Shown here: positions 1-12,470 of the stretch, piece after piece | Position numbering within the stretch: the first letter of the stretch is position 1 | Layout: every line of letters begins with the position of its first letter | Made by a program: the position numbers and the translations under genes | Assembly (NCBI RefSeq): GCF_009914755.1 | Contig: NC_060946.1 | DNA: 64,000 bases | Strand: one strand, 5' to 3' | Origin: the human T2T-CHM13v2.0 reference genome, Homo sapiens | Notes under the pieces: generated by a model | Databases searched by the model: none | Told to the model about the DNA's origin: nothing | The model's input: only the letters and a program-made list of their open reading frames with translations

Positions 1-448
1 AGTGGGGTGGATCATGTGTCCCGCTCCCACTGAAAAGGGCTAAATGGAAAACTAAAGTCTGAAATAAAATAGGAGGCTGCCCTGACGAGGGGTCCCACTT
101 TGCCCTTGGACAGAGAACAGGCCGTGGTCAAGGCCCTGGTCCGGGCAGAAGCCTCTGTCAGGACCCACTGGCATCTGGTCACAGACACGATGGACCTGGG
201 CCTAGGCAGAAGGGGGTGCTGTTGGTCTGCTGCTGAGGGCTCTGTGGGTTTCTCAGCTGGGAAACCAAACACTTGAACTTGGTCTCCACGCAGGGTTCAC
301 TGGGGCCAGCAGCTGGGCTCTCTCTGCACCCTTGGAGAGCCTCAGGCCAGGCCCAGCCCAGGTAACCCCTCCCAGAAATGTCACCCCACCACTGGGACTG
401 ACACTCAGGCACACGGAGTGATTTGGTTGGGCAGAGGAAGAGGAGCAC

Positions 449-456
449 ATTTGCAT
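449..456 (+). promoter_or_regulatory. Ig promoter octamer (ATTTGCAT) of IGLV4-69
   Basis: Perfect ATTTGCAT ending 90 nt upstream of the leader ATG, with TATA-like TAAGAAATA at ~495-503. Confidence 0.92.
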
Positions 457-546
457 GAAGGGCCCCTCTCTCTCCTCTGGGACTACAGGGTGGGTAAGAA
501 ATACCTGCAACTGTCAGCCTCAGCAGAGCTCTGGGGAGTCTGCACC

Positions 547-1025
547 ATGGCTTGGACCCCACTCCTCTTCCTCACCCTCCTCCTCCACTGCACAGGTCAG
601 GATGGCCCTCAGCACCCTGACCTCCAGCTCACTGATACCACCTCCCAAACTTATGCCAGGAATGTCCTTCCCTCTTTTCTTGACTCCAGCCGGTAATGGG
701 TGTCTGTGTTTTCAGGGTCTCTCTCCCAGCTTGTGCTGACTCAATCGCCCTCTGCCTCTGCCTCCCTGGGAGCCTCGGTCAAGCTCACCTGCACTCTGAG
801 CAGTGGGCACAGCAGCTACGCCATCGCATGGCATCAGCAGCAGCCAGAGAAGGGCCCTCGGTACTTGATGAAGCTTAACAGTGATGGCAGCCACAGCAAG
901 GGGGACGGGATCCCTGATCGCTTCTCAGGCTCCAGCTCTGGGGCTGAGCGCTACCTCACCATCTCCAGCCTCCAGTCTGAGGATGAGGCTGACTATTACT
1001 GTCAGACCTGGGGCACTGGCATTCA
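547..1025 (+). CDS. IGLV4-69: Immunoglobulin lambda variable 4-69, functional germline V segment (exon 1 547-595, intron 596-715, V exon 716-1025)
   Basis: Leader [17 protein letters not shown]; GT at 596, AG at 714-715, phase 1. Open V exon [99 protein letters not shown], with conserved Cys/Trp/Cys; matches IGLV4-69 as I recall it. Confidence 0.97.
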
Positions 1026-1064
1026 CACAGTGACACAGGCAGATGAGGAAGTGGGACAGAAACC
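1026..1064 (+). other. 23-RSS of IGLV4-69
   Basis: CACAGTG (1026-1032) + 23 nt + ACAGAAACC (1056-1064). Confidence 0.96.
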
Positions 1065-2313
1065 TCAGCCTGCTCAGGGTCTTGTTATATGACAAGTTTT
1101 AAATTTTCAAATATGTTTTATATGTACACACTCCACTTGGAAGCACCGTCTGGTTTAAAATGTTTCTACTCTCAATTTCTCATTCAAGTTTTCTGAAGTC
1201 TCAGGAAAACTAAAAACAGAAACAAAAATATCATGATGACTATGAAATATTACCTAATTTTCCAAATATGCTGAATTCAGTGCCTGTGGAGCTAACCATT
1301 TTCTCTTGACAGAAGAAAAATGAGCCTTAGAAATTGTTTCCAAATCCTGAAAGAGTCATCATTCCATGTACTCAGGACAGATTTAGAGAGTGCTGACCCT
1401 GCCCTTTGAAAGATGTTATTTGCCTCTTAGTGCCCAAATAAGGAAGGATAATTAGGAATCAGAAGCCTACCTAGGGCTCCCCTCTCTCCTCTCAAAATTG
1501 CACTTGGTGTCATATTGCCCTAGAATTTATGCCTGGTGCTGGCAAATATTTTTAAATTTATTTTTTAATCTTTTCCTTTTCTGCAATCAAATTTCTTGAG
1601 GGGCTGAGAAGAAGAAATAGGCCCAGAGAGAAGCAAGGCAGTCTGGGTGCAGGCTCTAGACAGCCCAGGGAGAAGAAAGAGGGAGCAGCTCCCTGTGTCC
1701 TGGAGGGAGCCCTGTCCCCATTGGGCTTCCTGCTCTGATGTCCCCTAGTGGAGGCTCCTCAGGGAGTCCAGCCTCCCAGAACTGCCCTATAAACCTCACA
1801 GTGAGCTAAGCAAGTATATCCAGGAAGGAGGGTCTGTGGAGATGTGAGACTAAGGTGTGTTATGGCCTAAACACTGCCCATCTCCATCCTTCTTGGGGAT
1901 GACAAAGTGAACAGTGGAGGAGACAGGATACATGGGTGCATCTGGACCTCAAGCAGTAGGCTGTTCTGTGGTCTGTCCCTAAATCTTGTGCTGGAGACCC
2001 CATACGAGAGCCACTCCCTGACCCTGGGCTGGAGCCCTCTACCCCCTGCTCACAAGACCAGCAGCTGTTTCCTTATAGGCCCCCAGGGAGCCACAGAACA
2101 GCATCAACCAAGACCATCCTCTTCATGTGTCAGCTTTTCAGGGAGGGATCGAAGTCATGGCCCAGGAAAGGGCTTGGACAGCCCAGGGGAGGAGGCTGGT
2201 TGGTATGAAGGATGCCCTCCTCACCCTGAGCTGCTGGAGGGAGTACAAGGGACTTGGAGAGCCCAGGCTCAGTTGATGATCCTCAGGATGTAGAGCTATG
2301 TATGGGTCTCCAC

Positions 2314-2797
2314 TGTGGTCTCTCCCCCGCCTTCTCCTTCACTGCACAGGTGGCTAGGGCTCAGTGTCAGGGCTGGTGATCAAAAGACCAAGGTTTATGC
2401 ATGTGTCTCTGTCCACTGACCCACCTCTCACCCTGTGTCTGTCTTAATGTCCAGCGTCCTGAGCCCAGCCTGTGCTGACCCAGCCACCTGCAGTGCATGC
2501 ATCTGTGGGGCAGGTGGGTACCAGCTCCTGCACTAGAAGCAGCAGCAATGTTGGGCACGGGCATGTGCTCTGGTACAAACATGCCTCCGAGAGACCCAGA
2601 GCTCCACATATATAAAAGCAGTCATTGACCCTTAGGGGCATAGGCCCAATGCTGAGGCTCCAGGTTGGAGAACATGGCCTCTCTGAGCATCTCTGGACTC
2701 CAGGCAGAGGAAAAGGCTGATTTTTATTCTCAGCTTGGGACACAAGCACCAAGGCTCAGGCAGTACTTCAGGCCAGTGGGGAAGTGGGAGAAAAAGC
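2314..2797 (+). pseudogene. Unnamed V-lambda pseudogene (clan I, IGLV1/IGLV10-like)
   Basis: Leader relic ending CACTGCACAG|GT (2349/2350) with no ATG; acceptor AG 2453-2454. Translation S*AQPVLTQPPAVHASVGQVGTSSCTRSSSNVGHGHVLWY...GSRLENMASLSISGLQAEEKADFY. RSS relic GGCAGTA-23-AGAAAAAGC (2759-2797); decayed octamer GTTGGTAT at 2199-2206. Confidence 0.88.
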
Positions 2798-3124
2798 TGC
2801 TGCCCATCCAGCAATGGAGCTTCTCTGTGCAGCCCCCACTTCTTGGGCAAGTCAGCTGATTAACGTTGCTTTTCATTTGTTTAGTAAAAATTTAGATTTT
2901 AAAACTCACTCCAGTGAACGCAGTGTGGAGAATGTGTTTCTGTCCTCTCAATTCTACCCTCACACCCAACCCTTGGCAGTAACAAATTGTCGTATTGTCT
3001 CATATTAAGAGAAATCCCTCAATACCAAGATCAGGCTGTCCTGGAAACCAAATCCATAATGGGTCAAAACAGGACCAGGGTCATTGTGTCTGACTCAGGA
3101 TAGTCGACTCCCAAAGGTCTGTTT

Positions 3125-3480
3125 ATCCACCTCATTCACTGAGAAGCTACTATGCACCAGCCTCAGATCCAGGGATTCAAGGTACATGATGAACAAGAGA
3201 GGAAGGGGCCCTGTCCTCATGGAGCTGACACTGAGTGGTGGAACAGATAAGGCAATCAAGTAAAAATGTCAATGCGACAATATGATGTCATCACACAGTG
3301 AGGAGAGCTCAGTTGGGGGTAGAGGAGCCATCAGAAGGTTGGGCAAGGAAGACACAGGATCTGACTCAAGTTTATGAAGAAAAGTCCAGATGCCTCAAAG
3401 AAGATGAACAAGGAGACAGCAAGCATGAAGGCCACGGGGCCAGTTGGGGTCATTGGAGAGAAAGGTCAGGTCTAGCCTGT
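3125..3480. mobile_element. L2 LINE fragment (paralogous copies at ~9390-9720 and ~50830-51060)
   Basis: L2 3'-end-like motif cattcactgagaagctactatgcaccag...ccctgtcctcatggagctgaca; boundaries approximate. Confidence 0.6.
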
Positions 3481-6400
3481 GTTTGTAAGAGGAGGGACTG
3501 AAGCCTGGGTGAGGAGAGAGGGCTCAGGAATAGCCTTGGAAAGTGGAGGGAGTGGATGCGAAACCCCTGCTGAGGGGGCCTCCATGAGCAATGAGGCTGG
3601 GGGAGGCCCTGAGCTAATCACCATGATGGAAACTCAGACAACAGCCTCCCAGCCTCTTTCAAAGTTGTCACAGGACGCTTTTCTCTCCAAATGGCAAGGG
3701 GGGAATCCCACTATGAGTTTTATTTGAGATGTCTCTTCTCCATGTCCTGTCCTGTCCCTAGGCTAAATTCCCATGCGCAAACAAGATACTGCTCAGTCTC
3801 AGGTATCACATTCACACACAAATGCTCCAGAATGAGGGAATGCACTCTGACCAACCCACCAGGAATTTTTGCCTTTGAGAATACTAGATCAGATCACTCA
3901 CACCATCTCCCCTGACACCATCATGTTGACCAGTGGGTTGTCTGATCGGTTTGGACAGCAGAATGCAGATGCCTGTAGTTGCAGCTGGGGTCAGTCACAT
4001 GCTCATCTCATGGCTGGGAGACTTTGGGTCCAGACAACAGGAAAAAAAGGAGGTTTGCCTACGTGATCCCACAATGTGCATCACTCTGTCATCCACTCCC
4101 ATCCTTAGTTCATGTTGGGTTTTGTCCTGTAGATGCTGGGACCTGGACAGGATCACAAGCCAGGCGATTTCTGGCTCACAAAGTTACAGCTCAAGCTCCC
4201 TGATGTTGCTGACATTCTTCCCACAGACCAATTTTAGACAGACACACTATTGCCATGCAGGCACTGACCTGAGATACAGGTAGTCTCAGGAGAGGGAGGA
4301 AGCAGATACACATCCCCATGATGGCCTCCTTGTCCCAGAGTGGGTAAGAAAGGCAAGGAGGCCAGGAAGCCACAGGAGTGGCCACTGCCCACCACCTGTG
4401 CACCTGTCCCTCCCTCAGGTGAGAAGCAGCCTGAGGGTCCAGCACCTGCACCTTTCCCAGTGCCCACACACTTCCAAGTGGGGCCTCCTTCTGCTCACCT
4501 CCCAAAGCTACTGCTTTCCGGGACATCTGTGTCATTGCTGAGAGTCTACTTTTCATGGGGCCCTTGTCCCAGTGGTCTGGGATCAGTGTCAGCCTGTTTA
4601 ATTCAGCACTGTCTCTGTCCTTTCAGGACACCAATCTAGCTATTAAAGCTCTAATTGAATTCTCCTTTTTTTGCCCTGAAACTTTAGACTCTCCTTCTCA
4701 GTGTCTCTCTAGAATATTTTGTCTCTATCCAATAAGATCAAGTTATGTCTTCAGGCCTACAGCCACTTCTTTCCCCAAATTCTGCACCTTCTTTTAAGTT
4801 CTTATTCCCTCTTATGGCTTATTTTCCACTAACTAGCTAATGATGCCAAAACATTTATCTATTTTACCTCCTTCAGGAATAAAAAAGAAAAGCATTTATC
4901 AATAGCCCATTGTCACAAAGAAAGGAACAGAGGAGAGATATCTTCTAGAAAAATACAGGTGAACAAGGAAAAAGTTTTAATTCCTCATAGGAACTACTCC
5001 ATGATCCAAGAAAATAAATTCCAGAGATTCAAGAGTTCACTCCTTAGAAACAACAGTGTAAATACAAGGTAGTAAATTTTCTTGGTTTTCTCAATGAATA
5101 ACCTCAAAAGGGTTAGAGTATGATTATAATAAAAAGATTATACATTACTTTCAAAAATGTAAGATGAACATGTCAAAAATTTTAATCGACTCATATTTCT
5201 GAAAAGACCAGTAAAATGGTGAATAATTTTAAAGAACATTTTAAAACACACAGAGTTTCTATTCCACGAGGGCAGGACCTGTGAGGATAATTTCCTGTGT
5301 TAGAGAAACACTGTCCTAAACAACAATAGTAGAACTCTCTAAGCTCTGAATTTATCTTCTCCTGTAAGAAAAAATCTACAAAGTGACAGGATCCAATTTA
5401 TATAAAATATCTAGCAAAGATTTTGGACATTCCCATCTCACACCTCCTCTCCAGGCTCTCCTCAAGTGAAATCTACTCTCCTTCTGCCCGTGTTCTCACC
5501 TTTCTGCACGCTTCCGCCTGCTGACACATGGCTTCTCCTGCTTTCCTTTCCAGTAGCCCTAACAGATCAGGCCCTGCCAGTAAGTAAGCTCCTGGCCTGA
5601 GGGAACCACATCGCATGTTACTGGATTTCTGAGGCACTTGCCCTGCCAGGGTCTCTCTTTCTGAATCACAATCCCTGTATTCCTGGGAATTCTCTTCTCC
5701 TGGATTCTGTTATTCAGCTCTGTGTTTCTCCCTCCATATCTACTTTGTGAATTTCTCTACATCTTCACCTGAATCCCAGGAAGCCTAAGGACATGCTGAT
5801 GCTTCCTCAGTTCTCATGTCACACCCTGTTCCCTCCTCCTCTATGATCCCACCAGGTCATCCTGCATCAGAACCCTGAGTGCGGCAGAGGCTTCTCTGGC
5901 CTCCTTACCCCCAGTGGCAGAAGGGAGGAAGGGAGGTCCCCTGTGGCCTCCCATCCTTGTGCTCCCATTAGGGTCAGCATGAAGCAGGAATGAGGCTGTC
6001 TATATCATCATGGCATTCCCAACACTAAACTCTGTGCCCAGGAGAAGGTAGGCACTCAATAACTATTTGACAATTGAAGAACTGCCTCTCACCACACTGG
6101 CCACATTGTACTGGACTCAGGATGGGGCTGAACTGGAAGAGTCAGCTGTGAACCTGCTCTTGTCTCTGCCCTCAGCCTGAGAGCTGAAGGGGAACCTAAC
6201 AGGGAGAGCACCCATGGGCAGGGAAGGTACATTAGTAGCCTCATCCTGTTTGTGAGGCTCTGCTCAGCCTTGGGAATCCCTGTTTATTCAAGGCAGAGAA
6301 GAAGGAAAACAATTAACCAGGCCTGGCCAACAGGCAGCATCTACAAGGCGATGAGTTGAGGGCCAGATGGTCAGAGTTGGTTCTGGCATCTCTCAGGCGC

Positions 6401-8083
6401 CTCTCTCCATGTTGCCCTTTTTTGCGATCCAGGGGTGAGGTTTCACCCCACTGAGCCCCCACCCATCTAGATGGGCTCTGCTGAGAGAAAAACCCATTTT
6501 CTAGATGAGCCCACTGAGGCTCAAGGGGCACATGTACTTGGTGATGCACCTTCTTCCTTTAGAGACTGGTCAGCCTAGAACACCCCCTCTCGAGTGGCCT
6601 TCTGGTCCCTCATCTGCCCAGCCCCACCCAGATCTCCATGAACCTGAGCTGTGTGAGAGAAGAGGGAAGAGTAGGAGGAAGGGAGGAGTCCAGGCCATGG
6701 TGTGGATGTTGCAGGAACCCCTGGGTCTTCAAACTGAGGCTGGACACCGCAATGTTCTTTTTATCTCCCTCAAATTTTTTGGTAAAATGTCAGTGCTTGT
6801 CTGGTCCATTATTCAAACCTGATTCTTTTTACCACCATCATAGGCATACATTTCTGAGTCTTCATCCCAGAGAACAGCTCCTCTCTAAAGGGGAGGTGTA
6901 GGGTGGCTGTGAGTTCTGAGTTTGCCCCTGGGGAGGAAGCACCTGCTCCACCATGTGCACAGGCCTGTAAGCAAGAGTCCAACTTTGTTGAAATAGGAAC
7001 CATTTGAGTTTGCTTCAGGCCTTGCTGACCTCAGAAGTTTCACATTGTCCCCTGGTGACCTCTTCACAATGATGTTAGTGGTGATGGAACAATGCAGGAC
7101 AGAAGGCCTTCCTTACTTTCTTTCAACAAAAAAATGGTGTATTATCTAGCCTGACAGTACCCTAGCTGGAGACAGTGAAAATAATTTACATTTTAAACAA
7201 ATAATGTTTGTTATTTTTTCAATCTCATGAGTGTAAGATAAAAGTAATCCTATCTCAATACCAAAACAAACAAACACGAAAAACCAGAATCTGAGGAGAC
7301 TGAAGTGTGTTGATTGAGAGACAGTAAGAATAACTTAGTCCAGCTCCCCTGCCTGGCTGTGAAATCCAATGATCCAGTGTCCCACTCTACAGACAAACCT
7401 ACAGGTTTTTCACCCAATGCAGACAGAAGACATGGTATTGAATTCATGAGTCCCCGCTGAGAGTCACAATAGGCTGGTGTGGCACAATGCATTATGGGAG
7501 GCACAGAATGAAGGGACAACATGTATTCAGTGGATTCTGCTCTCTTATCAGACTGAGTCACTGCACAGACTGCTCACAGGGTTTCTCCACTGCATTCTGC
7601 CTCACATAAATAAACACCAAGAGCCATAGGATATTAGTCAATTATATTTTCTCCTTCAGTGTCATACTTGAGATCTCTATCATATTTGAAATTGGACTCA
7701 GAGAGCTTCAATTATTTTGTTGCAATATATATTATCTTTACAAAAATTACCTAGACTACTGTGTTTCTGAAAAATAAATCTTACAATTTATTTTACTTCC
7801 ATGATGGTATTAAACTTGAATGGTTAGCATATCAGCCAGTAGTGTGTCTGGGGCTGGACAACAGAGAGTGTTTGGGGTCCATTCCTGAAGGGTGTGTGTG
7901 TGCTCAGAGCTGGCATCATCCACCTATTCTGACTCCTGCCCTCTGCTAAGTCCTCACAGCTGTGAACTTCCAAACCCCTGGGACAACACAGCTCCACTCC
8001 TGCTCATTCCCCTGATCCCCAAAGGCACAGGGCCCTGATCCTGACCCAAACACAGAGTGGGATCAAAAAGCTGAGAGGTTGTC

Positions 8084-8120
8084 ACTTGCATAGGTGGATT
8101 TTTTTCCTCAAAGAGTATAA
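8084..8120 (+). promoter_or_regulatory. V promoter relic: ACTTGCAT octamer variant plus TATAA
   Basis: ACTTGCAT at 8084-8091 and TATAA at 8116-8120, upstream of ATG 8196. Confidence 0.75.
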
Positions 8121-8195
8121 AGAGAGGGAGAAAGATTGGGAGAAGCTCTGCGGTAGCTGTAGGCACAGAAGGCAGGAATCAGGCCAATCTCCACC

Positions 8196-8678
8196 ATGGA
8201 CTGGTCCCCTCTCCTCCTCATACTCCTCACTCACTGTACAGGTGACTAGACACAGGCCCAGGGGAGGAGCCCTGGGAAGCCCAAGGGACTCTGCTTTCTC
8301 ATCTTGTCTCTAGAACAGTATCACCACTTCTGTGTCTCTTCCACTTCCAGGGTCCTGGGCCAAGTCTGTGCTGACTCAACCTCCATCAGTGGCAGGGGCC
8401 CCAAGATAGAGGGTCACTATCTCCTGCACTGGAAGTGCCACCAGCACTGGGGGTGGTTTTCATGTTAATGAGTACTAGCAGCTCCCAGGAATGGCTCCAT
8501 AGCTCCTCATTTGTGAAAACAGCCATTGGCCTTCAGGGTTCTGTCCTGGTTCACAGGCTTCGCTGAGCATTTCTGGGCTCCAGTCTGGGGATAAGGCTGA
8601 CTATTTTTCTTTATCTTGGCACACAAGCATTAATGCTCACACAGAACTGTAGGCCACCGGGGAAGGAAGACAAAGATA
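8196..8678 (+). pseudogene. IGLVI-68: V-lambda pseudogene IGLV(I)-68
   Basis: Leader MDWSPLLLILLTHCT-G (8196-8241), intron 8242-8350. V exon [24 protein letters not shown]...EY*QLPGMAP* has stops and an FR3 deletion. RSS CACAGAA-23-ACAAAGATA (8640-8678). Name assigned from gene order. Confidence 0.85.
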
Positions 8679-8899
8679 TGCTGTCTTTCCAGTGACAGAG
8701 TTTCCCTGTGCAGCCCCCAACCCATTCACCAAATAAGTGCTTAACTGTGATTTTTTTTGGTGGACAAAATGTGGAGTATGAGAAGCACTGAAGCAAACAT
8801 GGTCTAAATAATGTTTCCCAGTCCTCTCTCAATTCTACCCCCATATCCAACCCTTGGCAATAATAAATTGTCATACTGTCATATATTGAAATAAATATC

Positions 8900-9269
8900 T
8901 ATATTAGTCCATTCTCACATTGCTATAAAGAACTACCTGAGACAGGGTAATTTATGAAGAAAGGCTCACAGTCTTTAATTGACTCACAGTTCTGCAGGCT
9001 GTACAGGAAGCATGAATTGGAGGCCTCAGGAAACTTACAATCATGGAGGAAGGACGAGGGGAGCAAGTACATCTTGATATGGCAGAGCAGGAGAGAGAGA
9101 GAAGGGGAAATACTACGCACTTTTAAACAACCAGAACTCACAAGAACTCACTCATGATAGTGAATCTTAAGAACAGCAAGAAAGAAATCTGCCCCCACGA
9201 TCCAATCACCTCCTACCAGCCCCTCCTCAGCATGAGATTTGGGTGGGGACACAGAGCCAAGCCATATCA
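8900..9269 (-). mobile_element. MST-type MaLR solo LTR
   Basis: Starts tatattagtccattctcacattgctataaagaactacctgagac and ends ggggacacagagccaagccatatca; absent from the paralogous site at ~3015. Confidence 0.85.
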
Positions 9270-10559
9270 ATTCCTCAATACCAGGGTCAGGCTTCCCTGG
9301 GAACCAAGTCCATCATGGATCAGGACAGGACCAGGAACACAGCACCCACTGTGTCTGACCAAAGAGCCTCAACTGCCAGATGTCTGTCCATCCACACCAT
9401 TCAATTAGCACCTACTATGTGCCAGCCTTAGGTCTAGGGGCTCAAAAACAGGGTGGACAAGACAGGAAGTGTCCCTGTCCTCATGGACCAGACACCATCT
9501 GGTGGAAGAGATGAGACAATTGAGTAATAATATCAATACAATAAGATGTCATCACTTAGTGAGGAGAGGAGAGGAGAGCTCAGTAATGGTGGTAGAGGAG
9601 CCATCAGAGGGTTGGACAAGGAAGACAGAGGATCTGAGCTAAGTTTGTGAAGAAAAGTCCAGATGCCTCAGACAAGATGGACAAGGAGGTGGGAAGCATG
9701 ATGGCTGTGGGTCCAACTAGGGTCACTGGGGGAGACTGTTTATACCCAGCATATGTTTGTGGGGAGGAGGGACTGAAGCCTGGGTGAGGGGAGAGGGCTC
9801 AAGGCTGGCCTTAGGACATGGACAGGATGGTATTGAGTCACGCTGCAGAAGGAGCCTTCATGGGCAAGGGGGCTGGGGGAGGCCCTGAGCTCATTACTCC
9901 AACGGAAATATCAAACTGCCTGTTAGCCTTTGTCAAAGGTATCAAAGAGACTTTTTCATTCAAGATGGCAAGAGAGGAATCTCCCTCTTAGACTTCTTTG
10001 AGATATTCTTTCTTCATGACCGTTTCTTGCCCCTGGATGAATGCTCACATGGGAGCAAATTACCTCCTCAGTCCCAGGATTTCAATTTGCACACAATCCC
10101 CCCAGAATGATCGAGACCTGCCATCCCTGACCCACTGATCAGGAATTCTGGCCTTCAGGACAACTTGACCAGATCAGTCACACCATGTTCCCTGACACCA
10201 TCGTGGTGACTGGGGTGAACTGTCAGACTGGTTTGGGTAATACATGTCCTGTCCCTGGAGTTGCAGAACCTGTTCAGAAAGATAATGGTGTGGATGGAGG
10301 GAGGCTAATTCCAGCCACATCAGAAAGCAAGAAAGACATGGAGACCACCCTTGAGCTGGCACAGCATCCTTGGGTCTCACATGTGTCTCTAGCGACTGGA
10401 AAAGGAACTCAGATTTAACTAATTCTATTTTCTCATCTGTCACTCTCCCTTTCACTACTGACTCCTGAAGCCCCAACAAAAGCAGCACTATGGGATTATG
10501 GTCATGGAATAGAGGCCTTGCTGCTGAACTTTTCTTTTTTATTCTAAAAAGTACAACAC

Positions 10560-12470
10560 AGATAATGCATATTAACTAAAAATTATAAAAATGTATTTAA
10601 ATGATGTGACAATGAATGTATAAGGGGTTAATAGGAGAAAATAATAAACAATGTTAAAAAATACAAAATACCAATACACTATAAGAGTTATACTATGTCA
10701 TGGATTGTATAAATCAGTATTGTAAAGATGGCAGTGTCCTAGGATTAATCCATCAAATTAATATAAGTGTAATTAAAATTTCAGTAATATTTTAGGAAAC
10801 TGCTTAACTTATTTTAAAACTCAAATTGAAAATTGAGATAAAAATTACCTAAGATTATTTACCAAAAATTTGTAATGGAAGTGATACCAGATATTGAGTT
10901 ATTTGACTAAGCAATATTAGCTAAAATCATGCATGATTGAGATCTTGACATTTACATAATTCTCTTAAAAATTAGAGTAGATAGGACTGATGATTTTTTA
11001 TGTGACCTTGGAAATATGGCTAACTCTGTTCATAAAATTAAGTAGAGTACCTAATTCATACTTTTATTAAAAAATCCAAACAGATTTAAAATATAATTTA
11101 GAAAAGAAAAAGTTTAAAAACTTTAGTTTGGAAAAATAGAAATATTATTTTTATTTCATATGAGAAAGTACTTCTTAAATAAACCCAAAAGTCAATTCAT
11201 AAAAGAAAATTTGAAGTATTTGGTTGCAATTATTTGAAGCTTTTTTTTTCCCAAAGAGGACCACAGTTGGTAAAAAGAGAGAAGGATATGCAAGAGTGGA
11301 AAGACATTGGCAAGGACAAAGTATTGCTGTTTGCATCCAGAAGACAACTTTGAAATGAGCGAAGACAGAAAAAAAGGAAACCCAGTAAAAATGTTCAAAG
11401 GACACAAACAAGCCATTCACGGGTCTCAAAATGAGAGCAGATAAATGTGACATCAAAATATGTTAAATTCCACCAGAGACAAAGAGAAGGGAATAAGATC
11501 TTCAAGTAGAAATTGTGGAATGAGCCAAGCATGTCTGTGCATGGGGAGCTTTCCAGGCCTTGCAAAAAGCAAAGAGAGTAAGAAAAGAGCAAGAAGGGAG
11601 TGAGAAGCCCTTTTGTAGAGAAACCAAGAAAAGAAAGTTTAGAGTGTTAGAGCCTGGGCCAGAAAGATAAAAGAGAGAGAAGAGGTAGATAATGTGGGAT
11701 TTGAGTGACCTTTGATTCCTGTGGGCATACTTCTGAGTAAGACATGAAGCCACTGAGGGTGGAAAGCTGTTAAATGATATTGCAAATTTAAATAAAAAAA
11801 AAGATGCCAGTGAGGATGTGGGGAATCCCAAACTCTCACTCACAGCAGGTTGTAAAAACAAATTCAGCTATTTTGAGCAAAGTCCCTCAGCACGAAGATA
11901 CCTTAAGAGGGTGAGCATCTGTCTTGCACCAAGTCCACTCTGTACAGAGACACAAGGAAATGTTTATGAGAAGGTCCTTACTAGGGGAAAAGTATAAAAA
12001 ACAAGCTAGTTGTCAAACACAAGGGGAATTTATAACCTGCAGTTAGCTGATGGAATGCTAACTAGTTGGAAGTAATAAAATAAAAGTATTATTATGAGTT
12101 TCAAAGGCAATAAATATATAAATAAAATTAAAAAGCCAAGAGCTAAAGAAATAAATTATTTTAAAATATGAACATGTACTATAATTTTTTTTAAGTTTAT
12201 ACCATGAACTATTTGAAAGTTAGACTGGAAGCACATTATATACACTTATGTAAGAGCCTCTGAAAAAGATGGAAACACATACGAAGGTTAAAAGATAATT
12301 TAAAACAATAGAGAGTTATTTCAGTAGCTGAAGATATGAGTGCCAATAAAATGAATGCGATTCAACCCTGTGAGCATTGCTTTCATAAAAAAATTAAAAC
12401 AGAAAATGAATATTAATAGATGACTTAAGTGAAATCACAATGTATGTGGTGATACAGCTGAAAGACAAAC
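10560..12470. mobile_element. Old L1M fragments with an embedded L2-like piece (~11500-11790)
   Basis: A-rich decayed L1 ORF2/3' motifs (e.g. tcatggattg...agtattgtaaagatggcagt); boundaries approximate. Confidence 0.55.

Noticed and set aside
3294-3300. Isolated CACAGTG heptamer
   Set aside because: No nonamer at 12 or 23 bp and no V exon upstream; it lies in L2-derived sequence.
4216-4250. ttcttcccacag-accaatttta, vaguely like an IGLV6 exon start
   Set aside because: No framework motifs follow; probably chance.
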